From NCBI GenBank assembly GCA_965371955.1, contig CBDVAL010000002.1, positions 1 through 44,984 of the forward strand: 44,984 nucleotides of DNA. Direction: 5' to 3'. This document shows positions 6,814-21,982 of the stretch, piece after piece. Each line of letters starts with the position of its first letter. Position 1 is the first letter of the stretch. The translations under genes and the position numbers were made by a program. The notes under the pieces were generated by a model that saw only the letters and a list, made by a program, of their open reading frames with translations, did not search any database and was not told the DNA's origin. The DNA is from an uncultured bacterium (lineage in GTDB: Bacteria; Acidobacteriota; Polarisedimenticolia; CBDVAL01).

Positions 6814-9657
6814 ATGAGAGAAAGCGAGGCCCGTAGGGTGCCTCCAGCGGAGGTGATCGTGCGCCAGTGGATTCTCGGATTTGTGCTCATCTCGGCCATG
6901 AAGGCCTCAACCGTCGCTGCAGTCGCGATCGCATCCAGCGGCATGACCCTCGGTGCTCAATCCGGGGCCGGGCCGACGACACCCCAGGGTGAACTCGGAG
7001 TTGACTTCGGAACGCTGGTGATGGAGGACTCCCGTGGTTGGCGCCTGGGCCGGGGACAGGCCAACGGAGAGGGGCTACGGGCCTATCTTGTCCAGGCAGT
7101 CGGACCGGACGCCGACGGCGCTCCTGCGCACTGGTTCCTCGATGAGAACGGTGACGGTGCCAATGACCTGATGCTGGACCTGGGCCCCTGGCCATCAGGG
7201 AAGCCGGCTTTCTGGGAAGTTTCCGGTATCAGCACCTTTGTTTCGCCTTCGTACGCCGAGGAGTGGGTAGCAGCACCGGAGTCGGCTGACAGGATCCGGA
7301 CCTGGTCTCGACTTCAGAGCCCGGCGGGCTCACTGTCGCTTCTTGGCGTGTACGCGTCACCAGAAGTGAAGCCCATCGCTGTGGGCGCGCTCGGAACCGT
7401 ACTTCACTACGATGGGGGCCAGTGGGTTTCCGCGCCCAGCGGCTCCTCGCTCCCCCTTTTTGATGTCTGGGGAGCGTCCGATGACGCGGTCGTGGCCGTC
7501 GGCGTTGGCACGATTCTCGGGTTTGACGGAACAACCTGGAGGACGCAGGTGGAGACCGCCTGGCCCGTGGAGAGCGCCGCCCAAACTGTTGCCCTTGTCG
7601 ATCTGGATGGTAACGCCCTGCCCGACGCCGTCATTCCACAGCAGCGCGGTGTAGCGGTCTTGCTGAACGATGGAGCGGGAGGATTTCACGAGCAAGTGAC
7701 GCCGATCTCGACCACAGGGACGTTCGGCGTGGCGACAGGCGACTTCGATGGGGACGGCCGCGTCGATATCGCCCTGTCGCACTTCAATAGCACCATCGGT
7801 ATCACCGTCCTGTTCGGCGACGGGAAAGGGTCCTTCGACAGACGGACCGAGATCTCCTCTGTGATTCTCCTGGGCTCGATTGCCTCCGCTGACTTCGATG
7901 GCAACGGGACTCTCGACTTGGCTGCGACGGATCGTCGGAGCCAGATGTTCGTCGTCCTCCTGGGCGACGGAAACGGTGGATTCGCCGCGCCCAGTTACAC
8001 TCCAGTCGGCCGGCACCCGGGGACGATCGCCGTCGGCGATGTGAACCGCGATGGACATCTTGATGCCGTCGTGTACAACGTCTTCGGTGCCACGATCTCG
8101 GTCCTCTACGGCGATGGCAACGGGCTGTTCTCGGAAGTTCAGTTCCTCGCGGGAGGGGCCCCCAACGACTCCTTTCAATCGCCACACTTTGCGCTCGGCG
8201 ACCTGGATGGAGACGGCAATCTCGATGCGGTCGTGGCCCGGGTCAATTCCCTCGGAGTTCTCCTGGGAGATGGCGATGGAGGGTTCGGTCCGCCCGCCAC
8301 CATCGGCGCATTCGGAAAGGCCGTTCGGCTGGCGGATGTCAACGGTGACGGTTATCTCGACCTTGTGGTTGCAGCCAGCAGGTCGGTGGACATTCATCAA
8401 GGCCGGGGAGATGGTACCTTCGAAGCGCCGGTCCGGTATGCAGCCATCACAGAGGCACTCTCACTCGATCTGGCCGAAATCGATGGCGATGGCCTGTTGG
8501 ACATCGCTGCCATCGGCCGGTTCATCCCGGGAGAAGCTCCGGTCAGCGTTCTGTCAATCCATAGGGGTCTGGGCAGTGGTGAGTTCACGACATCCGAGGT
8601 CCTGCGCAGCGTCTGGGGTTCTGCCGAAGCCGATGTCTACGCCGTCGGTCAGTTCGGAACGATCCGTCACTTCGACGGAACGGACTGGACGCGTGAAGAG
8701 TCGGGGACCATCACCTTTCTCTCTGGTGTCTGGGTGGCGGACACCGGCGAGGCGATCGCGGTGGGAACCGAACCGATCGCGCTGCGCCGCCATCAAGCAA
8801 CGTGGGTCGAGGACGCGCTTCCCGCTGGCACAGACAGCCTTCTCGACGTCTGGGGGGCAGGCGATGACGTGTTTGCCGTGGGCAACAGCGGGACCGTGCT
8901 CCATGATGATGGCAACGGCTGGGCCCGCCTGGCGAGCGGCACTGGTACAAGATTCACCGGGCTCTGGGGAAGCGGTCCGCAGGATATACTTGCAGTCGGC
9001 ACTGCTGCATGGATCCACGCATACGATGGTTCAACCTGGTCCAGACAGCCGAGCACTACTTCCCAGTGGCTGTGGGGCATTTCCGGTGCATCGGCCCGAG
9101 AGGTCTTCGCGGTCGGCCGGGGTGGGACCCTCCTGAAAGCCAACGCCCCACCGATCGCCGTTGCCGGCGACGATCGCACGTTACTGCCCGGCGAGATGGC
9201 CATCTTTGACGGAAGTGCGTCATTCGACCCGGACAGGATCATCGTCTCCTACGAGTGGGACTTCGACGACGGGACGATGGCGCACACCGTCCAGGCCGTC
9301 CATGGCTGGGGCGAGCCTGCAGACTATGCGGTCACGCTGAAAGTGACGAACGATGCCGGGGCGTGGGCGAGAGACACGGTGGATGTGAAGGTACTATCCG
9401 TTGAACAGACGCTCAGCTTCCTGATCGAGCAGCTCCGAGATGAGCATCTTCCGGAGGGGATCGAACGCTCCCTTCAGGCGAAGCTGCGCGGAGCGATTCG
9501 GGCTCGGGAATCGAACAGCACCGAGCAGCGCCTGGACGCTGCGCAGCACCTGCAGGCCTTCGTCCATCAACTCCGGGCACAGGAAGGCAAGGCACTGGCT
9601 GTCGAGCAGACCGATCGGCTCATCGAGTTCGCGCGCCGGATTCTGGCCTTGCTCTGA
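6814..9657 (+). CDS. Exported multi-domain protein: beta-propeller repeats interrupted by an FG-GAP/VCBS repeat block, then a PKD domain and a C-terminal helical hairpin (FIMAH-like)
   Basis: ORF 6403..9657 trimmed to ATG 6814 because the upstream part overlaps gene 5259..6626. A GAAGGA motif lies 5-10 nt upstream. A hydrophobic signal-like segment reads 'ILGFVLISAMKASTVAAVAIASSG'. FG-GAP motifs include 'GDFDGDGRVDIAL', 'ADFDGNGTLDLAA', 'GDVNRDGHLDAVV', 'GDLDGDGNLDAVV', 'ADVNGDGYLDLVV' and 'AEIDGDGLLDIAA'. The PKD-like stretch is 'FDGSASFDPDRIIVSYEWDFDDG...YAVTLKVTNDAG'. The exact start is uncertain (alternative ATG at 6899). Confidence 0.85.
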   Translation: MRESEARRVPPAEVIVRQWILGFVLISAMKASTVAAVAIASSGMTLGAQSGAGPTTPQGELGVDFGTLVMEDSRGWRLGRGQANGEGLRAYLVQAVGPDADGAPAHWFLDENGDGANDLMLDLGPWPSGKPAFWEVSGISTFVSPSYAEEWVAAPESADRIRTWSRLQSPAGSLSLLGVYASPEVKPIAVGALGTVLHYDGGQWVSAPSGSSLPLFDVWGASDDAVVAVGVGTILGFDGTTWRTQVETAWPVESAAQTVALVDLDGNALPDAVIPQQRGVAVLLNDGAGGFHEQVTPISTTGTFGVATGDFDGDGRVDIALSHFNSTIGITVLFGDGKGSFDRRTEISSVILLGSIASADFDGNGTLDLAATDRRSQMFVVLLGDGNGGFAAPSYTPVGRHPGTIAVGDVNRDGHLDAVVYNVFGATISVLYGDGNGLFSEVQFLAGGAPNDSFQSPHFALGDLDGDGNLDAVVARVNSLGVLLGDGDGGFGPPATIGAFGKAVRLADVNGDGYLDLVVAASRSVDIHQGRGDGTFEAPVRYAAITEALSLDLAEIDGDGLLDIAAIGRFIPGEAPVSVLSIHRGLGSGEFTTSEVLRSVWGSAEADVYAVGQFGTIRHFDGTDWTREESGTITFLSGVWVADTGEAIAVGTEPIALRRHQATWVEDALPAGTDSLLDVWGAGDDVFAVGNSGTVLHDDGNGWARLASGTGTRFTGLWGSGPQDILAVGTAAWIHAYDGSTWSRQPSTTSQWLWGISGASAREVFAVGRGGTLLKANAPPIAVAGDDRTLLPGEMAIFDGSASFDPDRIIVSYEWDFDDGTMAHTVQAVHGWGEPADYAVTLKVTNDAGAWARDTVDVKVLSVEQTLSFLIEQLRDEHLPEGIERSLQAKLRGAIRARESNSTEQRLDAAQHLQAFVHQLRAQEGKALAVEQTDRLIEFARRILALL

Positions 9658-9689
9658 GCGCTCTGCCCGCGCACTTCGAGAGCTGGCGC

Positions 9690-9693
<4 letters not shown>
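9654..9693. terminator. GC-rich hairpin between convergent genes that contains both stop codons. Possible bidirectional terminator, but it has no U-tract.
   Basis: ctgagcgc (9654-9661) pairs with gcgctcag (9686-9693). The TGA of the + gene (9655-9657) and the TGA of carB (9692..9690) both sit inside the stem. No T-run follows on either strand. Confidence 0.3.
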
Positions 9694-12971
<3,278 letters not shown>

Positions 12972-12975
12972 GGGG

Positions 12976-14130
12976 TCAGTCGGCTCCCTGCTCCATCATC
13001 CGCAGGAACTCGCCGAACAGGTAGTGCGAGTCGTGCGGCCCCGGCGATGCTTCCGGGTGATACTGCACGCTGAACGCCGGCAGGGTGCGGTGGCGCAGCC
13101 CTTCCAGCGTGCCGTCGTTGAGATTCCGGTGCGTGGCCTCCACGTCGCTGTCCGGCAGCGAGTCGGCGTCCACGGCGAAGCCGTGATTCTGCGCGGTGAT
13201 CTCCACCTGCCCGCCATCCAGGCGCTGCACCGGATGGTTGCCGCCGTGATGGCCGAACTTGAGCTTGAAGGTCCTGCCGCCCAGGGCCAGACCGAGGATC
13301 TGGTGGCCCAGGCAGACGCCGAACAACGGCAGCCGGCCCAGGAGCTCCTGGACGGTCTTCACCGCGTAGCCGCACGGTTCGGGGTCACCGGGACCGTTGG
13401 AGAGGAACACACCGTCGGGATGCAGCGCCAGCACATCGCTCGAGGACGTCATGGCCGGCACCACGGTGACCCGGCAGCCACCATCCACCAGGCTACGCAG
13501 AAGGTTGCGCTTGATGCCGAAGTCGAAAGCCACCACGTGGAAGCGCGGCTCGAGGCCCGGGCCGCCGCCGTTCTCCCGCGCCAGGTCGTGGGTGGGCTCG
13601 TCCCAGGCATAGCGCTCCGCGGTGGTGACGGTGCGCGCCAGGTCCAGTCCCGCCATCTCGGGCAGGGCGCGAGCCTTCTCCACCAGCTCGGCAGCGTCGT
13701 CCGAGCGGGTGGAGAGCATGCCGCGCATGCAGCCGTGCCGACGCAGGTGGCGCACCAGTGCGCGCGTATCCAGATGGCTGATCACCGGAACCTGCCGGGC
13801 CTCCAGAAACTCCTGCGCCGTCTCCTGGCTGCGCCAGCTGGACGCAACGGGGGAGAACTCCCGCACGATGAGTCCCTCGAAGTACGGCCGCGCGGCCTCG
13901 TTGTCGGCCTCGTTGGCGCCCACATTACCGATATGGGGGTAGGTCAGGCAGACCAACTGACGGGCATAGGAGGGATCGGTGAAGATCTCCTGGTAGCCGG
14001 TCATGGAGGTGTTGAATACCACCTCTCCGCCGTGCTCCGCGGCGGCGCCGAACGCCCGGCCTCGAAATACCACCCCGTCCTCCAGGGCGAGGATGGCCGG
14101 TCTGCGGTTTGCTGGCGTCGCTGCTGGCAT
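12976..14130 (-). CDS. carA: Carbamoyl-phosphate synthase small (glutamine amidotransferase) subunit
   Basis: The 384-aa ORF contains '[37 protein letters not shown]' and the GATase catalytic motif '[12 protein letters not shown]'. It ends 4 nt before the carB start. Confidence 0.96.
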   Translation of the reverse strand: MPAATPANRRPAILALEDGVVFRGRAFGAAAEHGGEVVFNTSMTGYQEIFTDPSYARQLVCLTYPHIGNVGANEADNEAARPYFEGLIVREFSPVASSWRSQETAQEFLEARQVPVISHLDTRALVRHLRRHGCMRGMLSTRSDDAAELVEKARALPEMAGLDLARTVTTAERYAWDEPTHDLARENGGGPGLEPRFHVVAFDFGIKRNLLRSLVDGGCRVTVVPAMTSSSDVLALHPDGVFLSNGPGDPEPCGYAVKTVQELLGRLPLFGVCLGHQILGLALGGRTFKLKFGHHGGNHPVQRLDGGQVEITAQNHGFAVDADSLPDSDVEATHRNLNDGTLEGLRHRTLPAFSVQYHPEASPGPHDSHYLFGEFLRMMEQGAD

Positions 14131-14405
14131 GAGCCCGGTGCGGACCGGCCCCGCTCGGCCTGCTTGCCGTCGGAGTGCCGCTGTCGTTGCTTCTTCGGGG
14201 GTTGCGCTCCCAAGCGCGTTGCTGCCGGGTGTGAAAGCCCCTTCTGTATAGCATACGGGGCAGGCGCCCGCAAGACGCCGGGAACTGGTCCGGTGGCTTC
14301 CCGGGGCGTTTGACCGGACTGCGGCGCATCGATATATTACGGCGTCCCTCGAAGCAAGAATTGATTCGCGAACGTCGTGCTCATCGCATGAGCAGGAGGA
14401 ATCTC

Positions 14406-15230
14406 ATGGGCGATCTGAAGGAAGCTCTACCCGGCCTCTTGGAGCTGGTCACCACCTGGGGCATCAAGGTGCTGGGCGCTCTTGCCGTCCTGGCCATCGG
14501 GCGCATGATCGCCGGTCTCATGCGCCGCACGGTCGTCAAGGGGATGCAACGCGCGAAATTCGACGCCACGTTGATCCCGTTCCTCTCGGGCATGGTCTAC
14601 TACCTGCTCCTGACGCTGGTGATCATTGCCGTTCTTGGCTTGTTCGGGGTGCCGACCGCACAGTTCGTCGCCATCCTGGGCGCCGCCGGCCTGGCGGTGG
14701 GCCTTGCGCTGCAGGGAACCCTGGCCAACTTCGCCGCGGGCGTGATGCTGCTGGTGTTCCGGCCGTTCCGTGTGGGCGACTTCGTGGAGGTCGGCGGCAG
14801 CGCAGGCTCCGTGGTGGCCATCCACGTGTTCTCCACCACCATGAACACCGGCGACAACGTACGTATCGTCGTTCCGAACGGTGTGATCTGGGGCTCGGTC
14901 ATCAAGAACTACTCCGTCAACGACACGCGCCGCAACGACATGGTGGTGGGCGTCTCGTACGACGATGACCTGGGCAAGGTCATCGAGATCATCCAGGGCG
15001 TGCTGGCTGCCGACTCCCGTGTCCTCCAGGATCCGCAGGCGCTGGTGGCGGTGAGCGAGATGGCCGACTCGTCCATGAACCTCGTGGTGCGCCCCTGGTC
15101 GAAGAGGCAGGACTCCTGGGCGCTGCGCTGCGACCTGACGCGCAAGCTCAAGGAGGAGCTCGAAAGTGCCGGCTGCTCCATCCCGTTCCCGCAGCAGGAC
15201 GTGCACCTGCACCAGGTGACCGGCGCGTAG
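14406..15230 (+). CDS. Small-conductance mechanosensitive channel (MscS family)
   Basis: ORF 14310..15230. I prefer ATG 14406 because AGGAGGA (14394-14400) lies 5 nt upstream. The protein has three N-terminal TM-like segments followed by an MscS beta-domain-like region ('FRPFRVGDFVEVGGSAGSVVAIHVFSTTMNTGDNVRIVVPNGVIWGSVIKN'). Confidence 0.88.
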   Translation: MGDLKEALPGLLELVTTWGIKVLGALAVLAIGRMIAGLMRRTVVKGMQRAKFDATLIPFLSGMVYYLLLTLVIIAVLGLFGVPTAQFVAILGAAGLAVGLALQGTLANFAAGVMLLVFRPFRVGDFVEVGGSAGSVVAIHVFSTTMNTGDNVRIVVPNGVIWGSVIKNYSVNDTRRNDMVVGVSYDDDLGKVIEIIQGVLAADSRVLQDPQALVAVSEMADSSMNLVVRPWSKRQDSWALRCDLTRKLKEELESAGCSIPFPQQDVHLHQVTGA

Positions 15231-15257
15231 GCTGGCGGCCGCGCTGGCAGGCATACA

Positions 15258-16079
15258 ATGCCGGAGCTTCCCGAGGTAGAGATCACACGACGGGGGCTGG
15301 TGCCGCTGCTTCTGGGGCGCCGTTTCCTGGAGGTCCATGTGCGCGAGCGCCGGCTGCGTGAGCCGGTGCACGTGGCATCCCTGCGCAAGCTGCGCGGGGC
15401 GGAGGTCACCGACCTCCGCCGGCGAAGCAAGTACCTGCTCATCGACACCGACGCCGGCCTGACGCTGCTGATCCACCTGGGGATGAGCGGACGGCTGTGG
15501 GTGGCCGACGCGCACCGGCCCGATGCCGAGCACCAGCATGTGGTGCTGGGCCTGGATAACGGCCGCCAGCTGCGCTTCGCCGATCCGCGCCGCTTCGGCA
15601 TGGTCAAGGCGCTGCAGACAGCCCGGCTGGACCGGCACCCCCGGCTGCGGGGGCTGGGGCCGGACCCGCTGGACGAGTCGCTCACCGGAGAAGACCTCTT
15701 CCGCGCCACACGCGGGCGCCGCAAGCCGGTGAAGAGTTTCCTGCTGGACACGCGCGCCATCGCCGGCATCGGCAATATCTACGCCTGTGAGGCTCTCTAC
15801 CGCGCCGGCATCAACCCGAAGCGCGCTGTGGGGCGCATCGGGCGGAGGCGCTGGCAGGATCTTCTGGCCGCACTGCGCGAGGTCTTGCTGGAAGCCATCG
15901 CCGCCGGCGGCACCACCTTGCGCGACTTCCTCAACGCAGAGGAGAAGGCCGGCTACTTCGCCTTCTCGCTGCGCGCCTATGATTGTGAAGGCGAGCGTTG
16001 CCGGCGCTGCAACGGTACCATCCGGCGTATCGTCCAGACGGGGCGCAGCACGTTCTACTGTCCCACTTGCCAGCGCTAG
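15258..16079 (+). CDS. mutM: Formamidopyrimidine-DNA glycosylase (Fpg/MutM)
   Basis: The N-terminus is 'MPELPEVE', which includes the catalytic Pro2. The H2TH region reads 'LLDTRAIAGIGNIYACEALYRAGI'. The C-terminal zinc finger is 'CRRCNGTIRRIVQTGRSTFYCPTCQ'. Confidence 0.96.
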   Translation: MPELPEVEITRRGLVPLLLGRRFLEVHVRERRLREPVHVASLRKLRGAEVTDLRRRSKYLLIDTDAGLTLLIHLGMSGRLWVADAHRPDAEHQHVVLGLDNGRQLRFADPRRFGMVKALQTARLDRHPRLRGLGPDPLDESLTGEDLFRATRGRRKPVKSFLLDTRAIAGIGNIYACEALYRAGINPKRAVGRIGRRRWQDLLAALREVLLEAIAAGGTTLRDFLNAEEKAGYFAFSLRAYDCEGERCRRCNGTIRRIVQTGRSTFYCPTCQR

Positions 16080-16181
16080 ACGCCCGGCCGGAAGGCGGCC
16101 TGGTTGCTATTACCGATGCGCGTCCTGCCCCGGCGACTCTGCTAGACTGCCGTTCCCGGACCCGATCCGCGCGAGGCCATC

Positions 16182-17385
16182 GTGACCTTTCACCCCAAGC
16201 TCTTCTACCGCAACCTCGAAGAATTGCTGCAGCAGATCGAGGTCGGCGCCCCCAACGAGGACTGGTATGTGCACCTGGTGATGCAGATCGTCAAGTCCTT
16301 CGGCGAGGAACTGTGCATCGAGAACGGCCGGGTCTACAACGAGACGCCGGAAGGATTCCGGCTGGAACGGGACTTTCAGTCGCGCGACCCGGGGGCGGAA
16401 GGGATGCTCATCCCACGGGGCTACAAGCCTCTGGAACTCCTGCTGGAGCACGGCGTGTACATCTTCGACGAGTCGGTGGAAGGGCAGGACCACCAGGTGG
16501 AAGACCGTCTGGGCGGATTCCAGTCGGCGGGCATCGTCATCCGGGGCGAGCCACGTCGTGTGCTGGCCTTCGGCCTGCGCCCGGGATGGCAGGCGGTGCA
16601 TGTGGACTTTGCGCTCAACATCCTGCGCAACGCCATCAACCACCGGGTGGAGAGAGAAGAGCTGAGGCTGGACATCGCCCAGGCGGTGGACATCCAGCGC
16701 AGCATCCTGCCGCGGAACATCCCCGCGCTGCAGGGCTTCTCTATCGCCGCGCGCTGCATCCCGGTGAGCAAGGTGGGCGGTGACTTCTACGACTTCATCC
16801 CGCAGAGCGGCGACATGATGTTCCTCGCCCTGGGCGATGTCAGCGGGCATGGCGTCTCCTCGGCACTGCTGGCCCGTGATGTCATCACCGGCCTGCGCAT
16901 GGGTGCCGACCGCGAGCTCACCACCACGGCCATCATCCGGCGGCTCAACCGCGTGATCTCCCGGGGCATCCTCTCCACCCGCTTCGTATCGCTGTTCTTC
17001 GGCAGCCTGAGCTCCAGCGGCGATCTGTTCTACGTGAACGCCGGCCATCCGGCGCCCTGGATATTCGGTGATCGCGGCATCCGCCGCCTGAGGGTGGGAG
17101 GGATGATCCTGGGGCCCGTGCCCGACGCCCATTTCCGGCGCGGCTACGCCCAGCTGGATCCCGGCGACACGCTGGTGATGGTCACCGACGGGGTGCTGGA
17201 GCGGCTGGGGCCGGAAGGTGAGGAGTTCGGTGACCAGGGCGTCGAGAGGGTCGTGGCGCCGCTGGTGGGAAAGCCCACCGACGAGGTCCTGGAGGCGATC
17301 TTCACCGCAGCTTCCGAATATGGCCAGGGGCGGCCGTGGGTGGACGATACCACCGCGGTGGTGATGGCCCGGGAGGCCGACTCTA

Positions 17386-17393
<8 letters not shown>
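16182..17393 (+). CDS. PP2C-family (SpoIIE/RsbU-type) serine phosphatase with an N-terminal GAF-like sensor region
   Basis: The ORF has a GTG start. Motifs 'GGDFYDF', 'LALGDVSGHGVSSALLA' and 'GDTLVMVTDGVLE' are characteristic of SpoIIE-type phosphatase domains. Confidence 0.88.
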
Positions 17394-18528
<1,135 letters not shown>

Positions 18529-18588
18529 CCCTGGAGGGCCTCATTATGGACCTGTCCGGCGAGCCGGAGCAAGAACGAGGCAGCGGGA

Positions 18589-19812
18589 TCAGTCGAGGCG
18601 AACCAGGCCGCGGGATCGCAGGTTGTCGATGAGCCGATAGGTCTCGAGATCGGAGAACCCGAGTTGCTCCAGGACCTCCGAGATGCACGGCTTGGACGGC
18701 AACATCTCCACCAGGGGCAAGGCCTCCACCGGGACGCACAGCGCCGACGGGTCGAGGTGCGGCCCCGGCGCCAGCCGGCGGTCACCGGGCATGCGGTGCC
18801 GCCACTGCGCGGTCTGCGCCTTCAGGCCACGCCCATCGCGTAGCAGATCCTCAGGGGAATGGTCGATCCCCTGGGCAGGGGTGACGCGGCAAGCGCGGTA
18901 CTCGAAGTCTCCGCTCTCCCACGTCATCATCTGGAAGAACGCCTTGGGGCCGAAGAGATCCGGTCCCGGCAACTCGGCGCGAACCACGCGCCCGCTCTGG
19001 AAGGAGATCTTGCCGGCGTTGCAGCCATGTCGCAGCACCAGTTCGCCATCATGGCCGGTCTTGCTGAAGATCCTGATGATGTTCTCCACGCCGGCTTCGT
19101 CCAGTGGCCCACGCACCTCCCGGGCGCTGAGGGAGCGGCGTCGCAGGTCCAGGCAGGCGACGAAACGCTCGGTGCGCTTGCGGTGGGCCTGGCTCATCTC
19201 CCGGAAGAGCAGCCCGACCCCCTCCGGGCGCGGCTCGGGCAGCTGCGCCATGTCGGCGCGCACCACCTCGCTCTGCAGGACCAGGTCCGGCCCTTTGGCC
19301 GATCGGATCAGGCTGACCTGGAGGGTGGTGCCGTGGGACAGCGGCCTCGGCGTCAACAGGAACAGGCCGGCCTTGCTGATATCCCGGGTGAGAGCGACCT
19401 CGCTCCAGGAGCCGTTCTGATACTCCACCTTGAGGCGTGCCGGGATGCGCACCGCCTGACGTTGCTCCGGCGGTTGCAGCGCCGCATGGGTCAGGACCTG
19501 GCCGATGAGTTGACGTGCATCCTTCGCCATGTCCATGTCGAACTCCACAAGATGGAGCCCCACTCCAGGCCGCATGCCGCGGCGGGCGGCCTCACCCTGG
19601 TCGATGACGTAGATCACCTCGCCCTTGCCCGCGATCTCCGCCTGGCCGAATGGCACCTCCAGCACGAAGTCCACCACGGTTCGCACGGGCAACAGGATGT
19701 CGGTGGGGACAAACAGCCCTCCCTTGACGAGGTTGCGATCAAACTCCTCGGCGAACGCATGGGAGTCGTGGAACGTGATTCTCCAGGGAGAACTGCCAGG
19801 TGCGTTGCTCAA
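18589..19812 (-). CDS. Tandem PilZ (first degenerate, second canonical) plus DUF4388 domain protein; putative c-di-GMP effector
   Basis: ORF 18589..20151 trimmed. No ATG precedes the first PilZ-like domain. TTG at 19812..19810 sits 6 nt after GAGGA and gives (M)SNAPGSSPWRITFHDS.... The second domain has RxxxR ('RQAVR') and DxSxxG ('DISKAG'). The first has only 'NLVKGG'. The C-terminal part ('GELVLRHGCNAGKISFQSGRVVRAEL...FFQMMTWESGDFEY') is DUF4388-like. The start codon is uncertain. Confidence 0.75.
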   Translation of the reverse strand: MSNAPGSSPWRITFHDSHAFAEEFDRNLVKGGLFVPTDILLPVRTVVDFVLEVPFGQAEIAGKGEVIYVIDQGEAARRGMRPGVGLHLVEFDMDMAKDARQLIGQVLTHAALQPPEQRQAVRIPARLKVEYQNGSWSEVALTRDISKAGLFLLTPRPLSHGTTLQVSLIRSAKGPDLVLQSEVVRADMAQLPEPRPEGVGLLFREMSQAHRKRTERFVACLDLRRRSLSAREVRGPLDEAGVENIIRIFSKTGHDGELVLRHGCNAGKISFQSGRVVRAELPGPDLFGPKAFFQMMTWESGDFEYRACRVTPAQGIDHSPEDLLRDGRGLKAQTAQWRHRMPGDRRLAPGPHLDPSALCVPVEALPLVEMLPSKPCISEVLEQLGFSDLETYRLIDNLRSRGLVRLD

Positions 19813-19979
19813 TCCAATTCCTCGTAGGCGGGACCCGCGGGACCGGACCCTCGACACATTTCGAATACGACCGTTGGAGAAGATAGCTCCTACGAATATA
19901 GGGGCCAGCAGGCCGGATCGCAAAGCCCAGCGGGACTTTCGAAAAAAAACGCTGGGCGAGAACGTCCGAGATCGGTACA

Positions 19980-20498
19980 ATGCCGGCCATGAGCTTCGTC
20001 CGCCACTGTCCGCGTTGCGTGTCCAATTACCAGCCACACCTGGGAGAATGCGCCGAGTGCGGCGGGCCGCTGGAGGATCGGCTGGAAGGATCAAGCTGGG
20101 CCGCGGAGGAGGCAGCGCCCGCCGCCGCGCCGCCTGCACCCATCGACCCACCGCCCGGCAATTACGAGACGCTCTACTTCAGCTACGCGGTAGACGAGCT
20201 GCAGCCGGTAGCGCAGCGCCTCAGCCGGCGCGGTATCCCGTTCCGCATCGAGACGCTGGATGACGGCCGCCCGACATCCCGTTCCCGCTACGAGCTCAAG
20301 GTGCGCGACCAGGAGCGCGAGACCGCCCGCGAGGAGCTTCTCCATCTGCTGGGAGGAGACGTCTCGCTGGAGAAAGCGCGCTCGCTGGACCAGGACTTCG
20401 ACCCCGAGAGCGGTTACCGCCGGTGCCCGGCCTGCTCCACGGAGCTGAACCAGGGGCAGGGATCCTGCCACGAATGCGGACTGATGCTGGGCGGTTGA
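19980..20498 (+). CDS. Hypothetical protein with N- and C-terminal zinc ribbons flanking a small alpha/beta (DUF2007-like) module
   Basis: The 172-aa ORF has 'CPRCVSNYQPHLGECAECG' at the N-terminus and 'CPACSTELNQGQGSCHECG' at the C-terminus. The composition is protein-like. The start may instead be the in-frame ATG at 19989, which lies 7 nt after a TACAAT box at 19976-19981. Confidence 0.6.
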   Translation: MPAMSFVRHCPRCVSNYQPHLGECAECGGPLEDRLEGSSWAAEEAAPAAAPPAPIDPPPGNYETLYFSYAVDELQPVAQRLSRRGIPFRIETLDDGRPTSRSRYELKVRDQERETAREELLHLLGGDVSLEKARSLDQDFDPESGYRRCPACSTELNQGQGSCHECGLMLGG

Positions 20499-20542
20499 AC
20501 GCGGGCAGAGGGATCCCACCCCATATGGGGTAGCCCTGCTCC

Positions 20543-21978
<1,436 letters not shown>

Positions 21979-21982
<4 letters not shown>

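Noticed and set aside
14237-14261. Stem-loop (gcccc/ggggc) in the long carA leader. On the minus strand its loop reads ACAGAAGGGGCU, vaguely like a PyrR-binding loop (CCAGAGAGGCU).
   Set aside because: The stem has only 5 bp and the match to the PyrR box is partial. No alternative terminator/antiterminator pair is evident. This is not enough to call an attenuator.
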